A stretch of 64,000 nt of DNA from Octopus vulgaris. Its lineage: Eukaryota. How positions within the stretch are numbered: position 1 is the stretch's first letter; each line of letters begins with the position of its first letter. The notes beneath the pieces were generated by a model. That model ran no database searches, was not told the origin of the DNA, and saw only the letters and a program-made list of their open reading frames with translations. Below are positions 1 to 11,731 of the stretch, piece after piece. The stretch is taken from assembly GCA_951406725.2 (NCBI GenBank), contig OX597815.1, positions 26,536,001 through 26,600,000 on the forward strand, given 5' to 3'. The translations under genes and the position numbers were made by a program.

Positions 1-639
1 ATATATATATACGTCACTGATATTTAAATTTTTTTCGTCTGTTTTCCCTGCTTGCCTTCCATATATTTTTTTTCTTCTTTCAAGAATTATCTCTTGTCTT
101 GAAATATCTTCTTTATTCGTTATTATTCATTTTTGTCTTGTATTCAAGATGTATGCTTCGTTGAACTAAAGTTATCGCGTGGACCTTGTTTGCCAGCTAA
201 AATTAATTTTAAATGGGAAATAACCTTCCATTTTTTTCTAAACTGTCATTTTTGACTTTTATTTATTATGATGAGGCTAATTTTATGTTTGTTTAGTTGT
301 TCTTGTATAAGTTGTGTTTTTTGTTTTTGTTGGTATTTCTGTTGTTTTTTAAACTTTGACAACAATGAAGTATCAAGGAAATTGCACTTTGTGTGTATAT
401 ATATGTATGCATGTATATTTGCAGATATATGTGTCTATGCGCATATATAAACCTGTGTGTATGCATATATATTCATACGAGTGTGTGCTAATGCATATAT
501 TTCTGTGTTTGTATGTTTGCTTGTGTATGTGCGCGTGTGTGTGTGTGTGTGTGTGTGCGAGCACATACGATTTCAAAATATAAAAAAATGCTGTTTATAT
601 TCCTTTGTTTGAAAGGAAAATGGAAATGGATGGTAGAAT

Positions 640-830
640 TGGTAGAGGACCAGCTAAAAATATATTGCAGTATTATATTTTGTCACTCAAAATTAAGTGT
701 TCAAATCCGGCGAAGTTCAACTTGCGTTTTTCAATCTTCTGGCGTGGATAAAATAAAGTACTAGTTACGTACTAGAGTCGATATGAATTTCTGGTTTTGT
801 GCCTACATAAGAATTCGATATTCCTTTTCC
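640..830 (+). mobile_element. SINE family B, decayed copy
   Basis: GTTCAAATCCGGCGAAGTTCAACTTGCGTTTTTCAATCTTCTGGCGTGGATAAAATAAAGTACTAG aligns by eye to the family-B body. Confidence 0.55.
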
Positions 831-888
831 TTTGTTAGAATATGATAGAAATAATGCTTTTTATTGTGGAAGTCTTATAATTTTGTTA

Positions 889-1060
889 GGAGTAGGAGTA
901 GCTGTGTGGTAAGTAGCTTGCTTACCAATCACATGGTCCTGGGTTCAGTCCCACTGCGTGGCACCTTGGGTTACTGTCTTCTACTATAGCCTCGGGCTGA
1001 CCAAAGCCTTGTGAGTGGATTTGGTAGACGGAAACTGAAAGAAGCCCGCCGTATATATGC

Positions 1061-1095
<35 letters not shown>

Positions 1096-1290
1096 TTTGT
1101 CCCCCCCCCCAACATCGCTTGACAACCGATGCTGGTGTGTTTACGTCCCCGTAACTTAGCGGTTCGGCAAAAGAAACCGATAGAATAAGTACTAGGCTTA
1201 CAAAGAATAAGTCCTGGGGTCGATTTGCTCGGCGAAAGGCGGTGCTCCAGCATGGCCTCAGTCAAATGACTGAAACAAGTAAAAGAGAGT
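889..1290 (+). mobile_element. tRNA-derived SINE, family A (CORE-like; resembles octopus OR-type SINEs), full length
   Basis: A box TAGCTGTGTGG, B box GGTTCAGTCCC, CORE-like GGCACCTTGGG, internal (TA)/(TG)n, tail CAGTCAAATGACTGAAACAAGTAAAAGAG; closely matches copies at 21809, 53780 and 63172. Confidence 0.9.
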
Positions 1291-1554
1291 AGAACAATGT
1301 CGTACTGTACCCTTAAACCAGTTACTTTTTCTTCTACAAGTATCGTTGGCTTGACGTCGGTATAGTTTCAGGCAGACATTGAAACTGTGTTAGCTTATTT
1401 GAAACTTGCATTGTTTAACCTTAGGCCCCATAACGCCTGATAAGGTTGTTATGACATAAGACATGTCCTGAACATTTAAATCTGTCGAAGGCTTTAGCTC
1501 TCTACATTTGAAACGGTCGATTTCTTCGAGAAAGATAAGAAACGAGCTCTGTAC

Positions 1555-1700
1555 TACTTTGTTGTTATATTTATAGCCCCTAAGATGGAAGGCGAAGTTG
1601 ACTTTGCCTGGATTTGAACTCAGACTACAGACAGCCAGATCAAATCAGTAAGCAATTTTATCCATCGCTCAAACGACTTCTCACATTCACGGCCTTGCTT
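1555..1700 (-). mobile_element. SINE family B, decayed copy
   Basis: GATGGAAGGCGAAGTTGACTT...GGATTTGAACTCAGA is the reverse complement of the family-B body. Confidence 0.55.
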
Positions 1701-1763
1701 CGAGCTGACTTTAGATGTATGACATTCGGAGAGAGATCTCCTTCTCACTTTTTCTCTCTCAAT

Positions 1764-1822
<59 letters not shown>

Positions 1823-2034
1823 TCTATCCCTCTCTCTTTCTCTCGTCATTTAGCAAGGTGATACTTCACCTTTATATAGTTTACTGGATAGGTCAGCCCA
1901 GTAGGATAATAACTCGTATAGAACGAAACAAAGGACCAACTTATAGATGTATATAGTGGAATTTAGATATTTACCATTCCACTCTATATAATTATTTGTC
2001 TACCATGAGATACAGAATTATTATTATTATTATT

Positions 2035-2215
2035 AGCCCCAGGTCAGCATTGATCTGATCGATTTATGCTCAAACGATATTCCAACCATGATCATCCCGC
2101 CTTTTTTTTTTTCAAATGTAGTGAATCTGTGATTACATTATATAATATGACCTTTTTTACTTAGTGGGGTGTGATTTAAGGGAGATTTTCAACAAAATTT
2201 CTAATAACTCTATTT
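2035..2215 (-). mobile_element. Dispersed repeat family D (SINE-tail-like)
   Basis: GGTGTGATTTAAGGGAGATTT...ATTTCTA is the reverse complement of CTAGAAATAGCTGCCAAATCTCATTCAAATT at ~50695; related pieces at ~11900-12020, ~12985-13130 and ~16490-16590. Confidence 0.45.
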
Positions 2216-2873
2216 TGAGCTAAATCTTTATTATACAAAGAATCTAGACGTAATAAATGAAATTCAAAGTGGTATTTTCTCAGTGTTTAGCACGCCTGTC
2301 TGGTTGGTAAAGGATGCTTGGTTGGGCCTCATCTGTTCTTTATCACATTTTTCTTTCGAAAGCAACTGTAAGTTAGAAAACCCCGTAAATTCAATCTAGT
2401 ACTGCTTTCTATCGTCCAAGTCGCTGTTTTAGCTTCCGCATCAAATTATTAATACCTCTGTCTTGGACAACATTATTGCAGTATCCTACCGCACCTCATT
2501 AATATCCTTATCAGTTTCGATAAGTATATTACACCCACACACATACTCTCTCTCTCTCTCTCCCTCTCACACACACCCACCTAAGCACACACACGCATAC
2601 ACACAAACACACACAAAGACGTGCGTGCATGCACTCAAGTGTATTACATTTACATCTACACATCTACACACTGTACTACACATCTACACACTGTACTGTA
2701 CACATAGATTTTGCGCTTTTTGCTGTTCATTGTTCGGCCATTACACCTGACCTCTTGTTGTATTGCTGGTGGAGACATCTACCGGCTGCTTAGTAATGTT
2801 CAAATGAGCAGAACTGAAGACTGGAAAGGTCATACATGTGTGGCATGGATGTGTACATACATATATGTGTGCA

Positions 2874-2922
<49 letters not shown>

Positions 2923-3070
2923 ATTCATATGCATATATATACACATACATATGTGTGTGTATATATACATATATATATATATATATACATACATACATAT
3001 ATCTATACACATAGACATATATATAGTACATATATGTACACTCATATATATATATATTTATTTATTTATG

Positions 3071-3134
<64 letters not shown>

Positions 3135-3363
3135 TGTATGTATGTATGTATGTATGTATGGGAGAAAATAATTTTAGGTTCATTGGCGGGTAATGTAGTG
3201 ATGTGGAGGTGAAAATTAGAGTAAGTGGAACGAAACAATACTTCTCTTCCCCAACACCTCCCTGGTGTCCTCGTCATGTTAATCTTTATATTTTTGCCTT
3301 CATTGATTAACTCTTCGTTTTCTTTACTTTTCTTCATCCCTTTTTTTATTACTGTTATTACTA

Positions 3364-3820
3364 AAGGTGATGGACTGACAGAATCGATAGACCATAGTAC
3401 AAAATGCTTTGCAGTACTTATTATGACATTCTACATTCTGAGTTCAAATTCGCCAAGATTAATGTCCGCTTCCATCTTTCGGAGGGTCAGTAAAATATGA
3501 TACTAGCAAAATGCTGTGTTAGCAAACCCTTAAATTCAAAACTACTTGCCTCCTATCTAAATAAAGAGTTTATTATTATAATAATCATTATTATTGTTAT
3601 TAAATGCAGTAGATTATCAAATCAATAGAATGAGAAATGAAATCGGAGTGTAGTATTTAATTTCTGAGTTCAAATTCCACCAGGGTGACTTTGATTTCTA
3701 TTCTTTTGTAAGGAGAAAATAAGCCAAGTACTGAGGTCAGTAACATAAGTACGAATCCAGTACTGGGTTATAGTAACTTTACAAATGTGTGCCCTTGTAC
3801 TAATGTTAGAATGACTAGTA
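3364..3820 (+). mobile_element. Two adjacent decayed SINE family B copies
   Basis: Two TTCTGAGTTCAAATT cores (~3436, ~3662), each followed by a decayed body. Confidence 0.6.
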
Positions 3821-3954
3821 AATATCATTAAGGTCAGTGAATTGTAGACTCGATAGATTTCCAAATAAAGTTCCCTGCAATGTTCAGCTAGGAGCCTTTA
3901 CGTGGTTAGAAACCAATATATCCAAACAGACGTTGTGTTTTTACAGCTAGAAAA

Positions 3955-4330
3955 AGGCCCTTTCTGCCCAAGATCTTCTTTTGGTTTTGTCTGCTCGATC
4001 TCTAGTTTTTATTAAATCTAGCCAATTCATTCATCCAACTTGTTTGATGCCATCCTGTTTCTTTTTCAATCTTGTCTTTTTTCTCCAATCGTTTATTCGT
4101 TTATTCTTCTGGACATGTCCAGCCAAACGGTTTTATGAATTTGGCAATGTCATTTTATTTCTTTTCGGATCTGTTTTGTTATCTTATGTTGTTTTCTCCA
4201 CATTATTCCAAGCGCCATGCATTCGTGAACATGTTGAACTATCTTTAACTCGCATTTTAAGTTCTTTTAAAACTCTATGTTTCTGCACCGTAAGAAATCG
4301 GTTGTAAACTCGTCATTTAAGGCTTAAGAT
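3955..4330 (-). pseudogene. RTE-clade LINE, decayed 3' ORF region
   Basis: Minus-strand translation with stops and frameshifts gives YGAET*S...LKIVQHVHECMALGI...RLAGHV, matching the RTE post-RT motifs YGAETW and WAGH. Confidence 0.55.
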
Positions 4331-4605
4331 AATTTGTCTTTTTAATATGTAACTTAGAATCCCTAAAGCTCACCAACTCAAGGTAATTCTTGTTTTTCTT
4401 TAATATTTTCTTTATGTTAGAACAATGCAACCTGCAAATTGAGAATGTGTGAGAAATTCGCTTTGGCGAACGATTTGGCCTTTCACGACCCTTATTAGTT
4501 TGTTCTTGAAGTGGAATACCTTCTTTCTTACCTTATAGAACGCGATTGGAAGCTTATTGTTATTCCATAATTGCTGCTTTTGACCTTAAACGATGTCTTG
4601 TTAAT

Positions 4606-5057
4606 TTTTTTTTTTCTTTGTAGTTCACAATTTTGTTAGAACATTTAAATACACAGATACAGCAAAGAGAGATAAGAAAGGAAAAGAAAGAAAGGGAAAA
4701 AAAGTGGGGGTTGATAAAGCAGCGAAAGATGAGTGGGGCGCAATGGGCCATGTACCCCAGAACAAATGTTGTGCTCCGCAGCACCCTGCGGAAATGACCG
4801 TGAGGGCGTTGCAGCAGAGAATGGCCAGTGACACTCGCTGCAGCAGCCATTCCACCTTGTGGGGCTTATTTCTCCGACGGGCCGCCGTTATCCCTATTTT
4901 GCTGAGGAAATTGATAGTAAAGGACCCTCAAAAAATTGATGTCTCGACGGCGACCAGCATGAACTGACAGCAACCGGTCAGGCCCCTGTATTTATTGAGT
5001 TTTCTCTCCTTCGCGTTACGGGTGGTGACACCCGTGTTTGCAGCTGATGCTACAAGG
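4606..5057 (-). mobile_element. 5'-truncated RLE-type (CRE-like) non-LTR retrotransposon 3' end with poly(A) and 8-bp TSD
   Basis: Translation ASAANTGVTTRNAKERKLNKYRGLTGCCQFMLVAVETSIF*GSFTINFLSKIG...VEWLLQRVSLAILCCNAL fits the restriction-like endonuclease C-terminus (K..KY, VAVET, QRxSxAIxRGNA); T-run at ~4605-4615 is the poly(A); TTGTTAAT at 4598-4605 and 5058-5065. Confidence 0.75.
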
Positions 5058-5199
5058 TTGTTAATCTGTTATTTTTTCAGTTCATGTATTTTGTTTAGGG
5101 TTTTGTATTTCAGACATATCCAAGTCCTTTTTCTTGGCGGGAGTGGGGAGGAACTGTGAAGAGAGTATTTACTATTTTGAGTTTTTTTTGTTTTTTTTT

Positions 5200-5455
5200 T
5201 AAGGAGAAACTGATTAGATCTTATCCACTTCTATTTTCTTTCATCTTGTGAGTATTTTCCATGGTGATACTCATTTCTTTATCTTATCTTTGTGCATAAG
5301 TCTCCTATTATAACAGTGTAACAAGTTTTCTGAGAGTCGATGACTTCGCTAATCTTTTCGTGTTGTAGTTCCAGTTCTTTTAGAACATTTACAGACGTTG
5401 GTGCATTTATTTGGAATATTTTGAGGCCATACTTCTCTGACAATTGAAAGCAAAT
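5200..5455 (-). pseudogene. RTE-clade LINE AP-endonuclease fragment
   Basis: Minus-strand LSEKYGLKIFQINAPTS...EKISEVIDSQKTCYTVIIGDLCTKI matches the APE motifs xQVYAPT and IxGDFNAK. Confidence 0.65.
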
Positions 5456-5563
5456 CTAACAACTTGATCAGAAATGCTTATTAGTAGAAAGGATTATTAT
5501 TATCATTATTATTATTATTGAGTGAGCGAGCAGTGCATGCCACAGAATTCCTCTCAACAATTA

Positions 5564-5615
<52 letters not shown>

Positions 5616-5635
5616 GATTATTATTATTATTATTA

Positions 5636-5835
5636 AGGTGGCGAGCTATCACGCCGGGTAAAATGCTTAACGGCATTTCGTCCGTCTTCACGATCTGAGT
5701 TCAAATTCCACCGAGGTTGAGTTTGTCTTTCATCCTTTCGAGACCGATAAAATAACTAACAGTTGAGTACTGGGGGTCGATGTAATCGACTAATCCCGTC
5801 CCCGAGCTTGCTGGCCTTGTGCCAAAATCTGAAAT
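5636..5835 (+). mobile_element. tRNA-related SINE family B
   Basis: GGTGGCGAGCT...CTGAGTTCAAATTCCACCGAGG...TTTCATCCTTTCG...GATAAAATAA...GGGGTCGATGTAATCGAC...GCTGGCCTTGTGCCAAAA; follows an (ATT)n tract. Confidence 0.8.
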
Positions 5836-6148
5836 CATTATTATCATTGTTGCCGGTGGTGGTGTTGCTACTGTTGCTGCTGCATCAACCCGCTTACAGT
5901 TTTCTTCTATAGATATTATGATACAACACTCTTTGTTAATACTTCGGGGAGTAAATTTGTAGACATGGGCAACAAATTTTCAACTTTTACTACTTTTTTT
6001 CCTCAAAATCCCTTTGCTTTCATAAGGATCTTGTTTTCCTTGTAATGCTTTTTTTTTTCTGTTCTTGTTATTCTTGTTCTGTAGTTTTTAAATTTTGGTT
6101 TCATTCTTTTTCTTTCGCCATTTTTCTTACTTCATTCTTACAGACCAA

Positions 6149-6200
<52 letters not shown>

Positions 6201-6328
6201 ATTTCTCTCTCTCTCTATCTATCTATCTATCTCTCTTTTTCTTTTCGTTTTCTTATACATTTACATTCTTTCTTCTCCTCCACCTCTACTTCTTCTTCTT
6301 TCCATTTTCCATCTATTCCACCTCCAAG

Positions 6329-6580
6329 ACGTCCCTAATGGAGCATGTTACCAAAATGGTGGCCAACTCGAAAACCACGAAACAAGCACCGAACCTCGAT
6401 AGATTGAAGTCGGTTTTGAACGCTGGCCGTACAATCGACAGCGACAACCTAACTATTTGTCTTTCTGTCTGTCAATCTGGACGAGAAGATGTCATCCCTT
6501 CACTGCTTCACCACACTCGGAGGACTGCTCGTAGCTGGGAGGCCACAGTTCAAGCTTCAAACCTTCCCATTTCGCTATGA
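6329..6580 (+). CDS. Possible unannotated exon/ORF, product unknown
   Basis: Non-repetitive, higher-GC island after a long pyrimidine tract ending CCAAG; 83 open codons (TSLMEHVTKMVANSK...NLPISL*); no domain recognised. Confidence 0.15.
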   Translation, partial: TSLMEHVTKMVANSKTTKQAPNLDRLKSVLNAGRTIDSDNLTICLSVCQSGREDVIPSLLHHTRRTARSWEATVQASNLPISL

Positions 6581-6714
6581 AAGAAATTTCAATTTCGTTC
6601 ATTCCCTCTTTTTCCGCTTTGGCGCTCCACTGGATAAGGATCTTGATTGGTTTGATTGGTTGGGTTTTATAAAATGATAGATATTACTTGATAAAGCCTT
6701 TAAGCATCAGCAGC

Positions 6715-7032
6715 GACGGCGGCGGCGGCGATGGCAGGGGTGGGGTTTGTGGTAGAGGCAGCTTTAATGGCGGTATTAAAGTAATTGTAGGTGGCGGAGA
6801 ATTTTAATAACGGTGTTAATGGTGGTTGTGATTGTGGTGATAGTGCTAGTGGCATACAAAGGGATGATGGACGTTGGCGTTGGCTGTGGTGGTTGTGTTG
6901 TGGTAGTTTTGCTGGTAGTGACAATAGTGGTAGTTGTTGTTGTTGTGGTGGTGGTGGTGGTCGTCGTCGTAGTGGTGATGATGGTGGTGGTGGTGGTGGT
7001 CGTCGTCGTCGTAGTTGTGGTGGTGGTGGTCG

Positions 7033-7074
<42 letters not shown>

Positions 7075-7285
7075 TAATGGTGATGATGGTGGTGGTGGTA
7101 GTGGTGGTGGTGGTGGTCGTCGTCGTCGTCGTCGCCGTGGTCGTGGTCGTGGCATTGGTGGTGGTGGTGGTCGTCGTCGTTGTTGTCGTGGTGGTGATGG
7201 TGGGGGTGGGGGTGGGGGTGGGGGTGGTATTGGCGGCAGCGTTGATGATGAGGATGGTGGTTGTGGCGGTAGCAGTAGTTGGGAG
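6715..7285. repeat. Compound trinucleotide low-complexity tract (GGT/CGT/GAT)
   Basis: Seen directly; similar tracts at 7750-8095, 8400-8825, 28345-28995 and 29300-29900. Confidence 0.9.
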
Positions 7286-7419
7286 CAGGAATTTCAATGG
7301 AGGGTGGGTAATTGTGGAAGGCGCATTGGTGCTGGCGAAAGTGCTAATGTTTCGGCTGGACCCATCTTGTCTTTACTGGCAGACCCTTTTATTTTCTACT
7401 TTGTAATATTTTACGTGCT

Positions 7420-7632
<213 letters not shown>

Positions 7633-8887
7633 CTTTAATATACTTTGTGCTATAAGGAGTAAGCTAAAGCGAAATTTAGCTGCTAATTTGTGCAGGTCGA
7701 GTGGCCATGTCGATGTTCTCTCTAGTGTGTACTTGCCATAGGAGTAGTTGCGTTATCGTGATGGTCATGGAGATGGAGATGACAGTGTTGGCGGTGGTTG
7801 CCGTGGCTGCCGTGGTTGCGGTGGCTGCGGTGATAGTCGTTGTAGTGATGGTGGTAGTGGTGGTTTTGGTCGTAGTGGCGGTGGTGGTGGTCGTCGTCGT
7901 CGTAGAATTGTGAACGTTGTTTTGATATGGAGGTAATAGCAATGGTGGTGGTGGTGGTGATGCTGCTGTTCATACTGGTGGCTGCATGTACATGTAGTGG
8001 TCGCGAGGGTGGTAGTACTGACAACTGCAGAAGTGACGGTCATTTTTGCGGTAGCAGTTGTTGGTGATGTCGATGGCGATGATGGTAGTAGTAAGTATAG
8101 TGAAGAGGGCTTATTTATATGGGTCATTCACTTCTGTTTGACGTGTGTATTTATTTGCACCCATGTGTGAATGTGTTTGCGTATGAAAGTATGCATGTGT
8201 GTGCGTGTGTATGTGTGTATGTGTATGTGTGTGTGTGTGTGTATGTGTGTGTGTGCGCGTGCATGTATGCTTGTAATTCAGTTGAAAATATTAATGGACC
8301 CAAATGAATCATTGAATTGTTTTACCAAATTATTGCGTTTGTTGTGATAATTTGTTTATCTGCCGGTTGATTGACCCTCCCTCATCAACAAAGTGATCAC
8401 CCACCACCCTGTCACCATCGACCCCCTATCATCGACTCCCTCGCCATCACCTCCACTACCACGACCATCATCTCCTACTTCTACCACCCAACTCCACTAC
8501 CCACTTCCACCATCATGTTGATGCCATTATTCATACCTAAGCTACTACTACCACTATTACCTCCAGCATCAACATCATTATCTTAAATGCCTCCCGGAGA
8601 AGCCCCACTACCATCATCAGCATACACCATAACCACAACCAGCATCACCACCGTAATCCTCACCCCCATTAGCACTACTATTTAACATTGTCACTACCAG
8701 CTCTCTCATCACCCTCAACAACATTACCTATATCAACAGCACCGTTCTCACTATCAAGAACATCACTACCACCACAATCATTGTTATCATCATCACCAAC
8801 ATCACCATACGTTATAACCACCATCGATGTGTAATACAACATACAAAGAAATCATAGTAAAAGACTGACTTATGACAGAAAATCAAT

Positions 8888-9352
8888 GAGCTGCTAGAAT
8901 TGTTACCGCACCGGGTAAAATGCTTAGCGGCATTTTTCGTGTGTCTTTAAGTTCTGAGTTCAAATGCCACCGAAGTCGACTTTACCTTTCATCCTTTCGC
9001 GGTCGATAAAATAAGTTATCGGCTTTATCTTGTATCCGAGAATTTAGTTTCTTCTTTGCCGAATACTTCCATTATGGTGATGGCGTTGATGACTAAGTAG
9101 ACCAATTCTTGCATAGAAGAGTTGGTGGCACTGACTGCATGGTAACGTTGGTGAAAGATGAGGTTGATTCTGTCGAGCCTTTCTCTCGTGTCGTTTGATT
9201 TCTTCCTTTCCTTTTCTTGTGGCTTCGAAGCTTTTTGTTCCGATGGTGAGTAACTGTGGCTGATAAAATAAGTGCCAGTTGAGTATTGGGGTCGATGTTA
9301 TCGACTTTTACTCTCCCTCAAAATTGCTGGCCTTGGGCCAAAAATTGAAACT
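8888..9352 (+). mobile_element. SINE family B interrupted by an RTE insertion
   Basis: The family-B body stops at GATAAAATAAGT (9005-9016) and resumes at the same 12-mer (9262-9273). Confidence 0.8.
9017..9261 (-). mobile_element. 5'-truncated RTE LINE 3' end encoding a C-terminal C2H2-type zinc finger
   Basis: Stop-free frame to 9044: LTIGTKSFEATRKGKEEIKRHERKARQNQPHLSPTLPCSQCHQLFYARIGLLSHQRHH...*, the RTE CxxC..F.ARIGL.SH.R.H motif; 12-bp TSD. Confidence 0.85.
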
Positions 9353-9782
9353 AATATTATCATATAAGAATGGTGCTCGATATCAGAAACAATAAAGTGA
9401 CGGACAAAATACTTTGTATTATGTAACGTCTCTTTACTATCTCGTTCTAAATCTCGTCGATGTCAGCTCTGCATTTTCTCCTCTCAGAGCTATTAAAATA
9501 ATACCAGTTAATTACTGGGTCTGATATAATCTACATTCTCCTCAAAATGGTGTGGATTTGTGCTAGTATTGAGATTTAATTTTTTTGAATTTTAGCTGAA
9601 AGCTTTGAAATTCAATTCTAAAATTTGAAATTCTAGAATTATATTACTATCGTGTATATTTATATGTAAGTATCTCCTCTTGGCAATAAATTTCAATTCG
9701 ATTGCCAGTTCTTTCTTCGGAACATAGAAAGACCAGACGAGAATGAATATACATAAAAATATGCGAGTCGTGTATGTATTCA

Positions 9783-9833
<51 letters not shown>

Positions 9834-9835
9834 GA

Positions 9836-9993
9836 GGGATTTCTGTACAGTTTGTCTACCAAATTCCACTCAAACGGTTGTGGTTAAATATATTCTATAT
9901 TATAAAACACTTGTCCAAAGTGCCACACAGTAAGATCGAACTAGAACTACTTGTTTCCAAACAGAGCTTCTTAACCCTAGCAGCGATACCTGC
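9836..9993 (-). mobile_element. SINE family A, decayed 5' half
   Basis: GTCTACCAAATTCCACTCA...ACACTTGTCCAAAGTGCCAC. Confidence 0.65.
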
Positions 9994-10127
9994 ATCCATG
10001 AAGAAGTAGTGCATGTGTTTCGAAAGTTGGATACATACATTACATACTTTTAAAATACATATATGCATTACGAATACGCACACACACATATATATGAATA
10101 TATATATAAACACATGTGTATATATAG

Positions 10128-10215
10128 TGGATGGATGGATGGATGGATGGATGGATGGATAGATGGATGGATGGATGGATGGATGGATGAATGGATGGAT
10201 GGATGGATGGATGGC
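10128..10215. repeat. (GGAT)n microsatellite
   Basis: Seen directly. Confidence 0.95.
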
Positions 10216-11626
10216 AGCAAATGGTTTGAAAAACTACAGAATAATGGTTATGAAAAGGTTTTGTATTCAGGAGCTGCTCCTATATAAACGAAAATGCCAA
10301 GTTGGCACACTCCGAAAGTTAGTAGCTTTATTAATGAGGCCCTCATTTTGAAGAATTCTGTATTTTACTGCTCAAAGATTCATACTAGCGACTGTCCATG
10401 AACATTTCAACGCCGTCTACAATTCGGACAATACCCGTATGGCCTAATCAGCATCTTACGCGACGTAGCAACTCACCCAAAAAGCTGTTGTCACGTGTCG
10501 ACTGACGAATAACAGAGAATAAACTTCGCAGCGGTTGTCAGCGGCGCGATATAGATGTCGTTGGTGTTGTTGAGGCGGTGCTGGTCGCTGCCGTCTTTGT
10601 CGTCGTCGTCATCATTATCGTCGCCATGATAGCGGTGATGGTGACAGTACAAATTTTTAAGGTTTCCTTTTGTCTATGTCCTTGAGTCGTTCCTTTCTCA
10701 CTTTCGTTTACTTACATTTCATAAATCTACTTTTCTTTCTTTTTTTTCTGCCATTTCGATTTGACCGCGTGGTCTCAATTTTGTGTTCTCTTGTTTGGTT
10801 TATAATTATACCCTTATACCATTTCTTTACTTTTGGTTGTCGGTTTGTTTTTGTCTATATTTCTAAATAACTTATTCATTCTATTCAATCTATTCATTTA
10901 CTCATTCATAAATAATCGGCCATATTACTTTTACTGGGAAGCAAAGTGACGTTAAAAACGTTTATTAAAATAACCATGAATTTTGAGAATGGAATTTCGA
11001 TTCAAAGTTGTGAGAAAATTCACTTTTGAGAGGGTCAAGAACAATTAAAAATTATATATTGAGTTGTAATCAAGAATAGGCAAATTTATTTTTAGTACTT
11101 TTTGCAAACTGAAATTGACTTTTTTATGTTAAAGACCCAGATAAAGAATAATGAATACTAAATATTGAACTTCTTTATAGTTTCATTCAATATTTCGTAA
11201 CCAGTAAGCTATAAATCGTGTGACAACTACATTGAGTAGAAAGCCGGAATTACTTGTATAGCTACAATGTACAATTTGATACAAGTAACGACTAGAAAAG
11301 AAAGAAAAGAGAAAAAAAACGTGGGTAGCAATACATAAAGGCTATCTGATAAAGTTCTTTCACATTGAATCATCAAATGATACCATTCGAAGAAACTATT
11401 ATAGTACCACCCACTCGAGTTAGAACAACAGTGTCCTTAGAAAAATACTCGTTCCCGAAGACTTTATTTGACACACTTATTAAGATCATTGGAATTATTA
11501 ATGTTTTTTTTTTTTCGAAGACAATCTTCATATTTACCACTACTCCTCCTGTTTCTGGAAACGAAACGACACAATTTAAACTGAATCTTTTTGCGCTTCC
11601 TATTCTCTATATCATGGTCGCACTGA

Positions 11627-11636
11627 ATTATTATTA

Positions 11637-11718
<82 letters not shown>

Positions 11719-11731
11719 CATCATTATTATT
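11627..11731. repeat. (ATT)n microsatellite, followed by an internally deleted SINE-B (11737-11840)
   Basis: Seen directly; GTGGTGAACTGGCAGAATCGTTAG head joined to the GGCATGTGCCAAAA tail. Confidence 0.85.

Noticed and set aside
10502-10530. CTGACGA box
   Set aside because: No stem II or GAAA follows; not a hammerhead.
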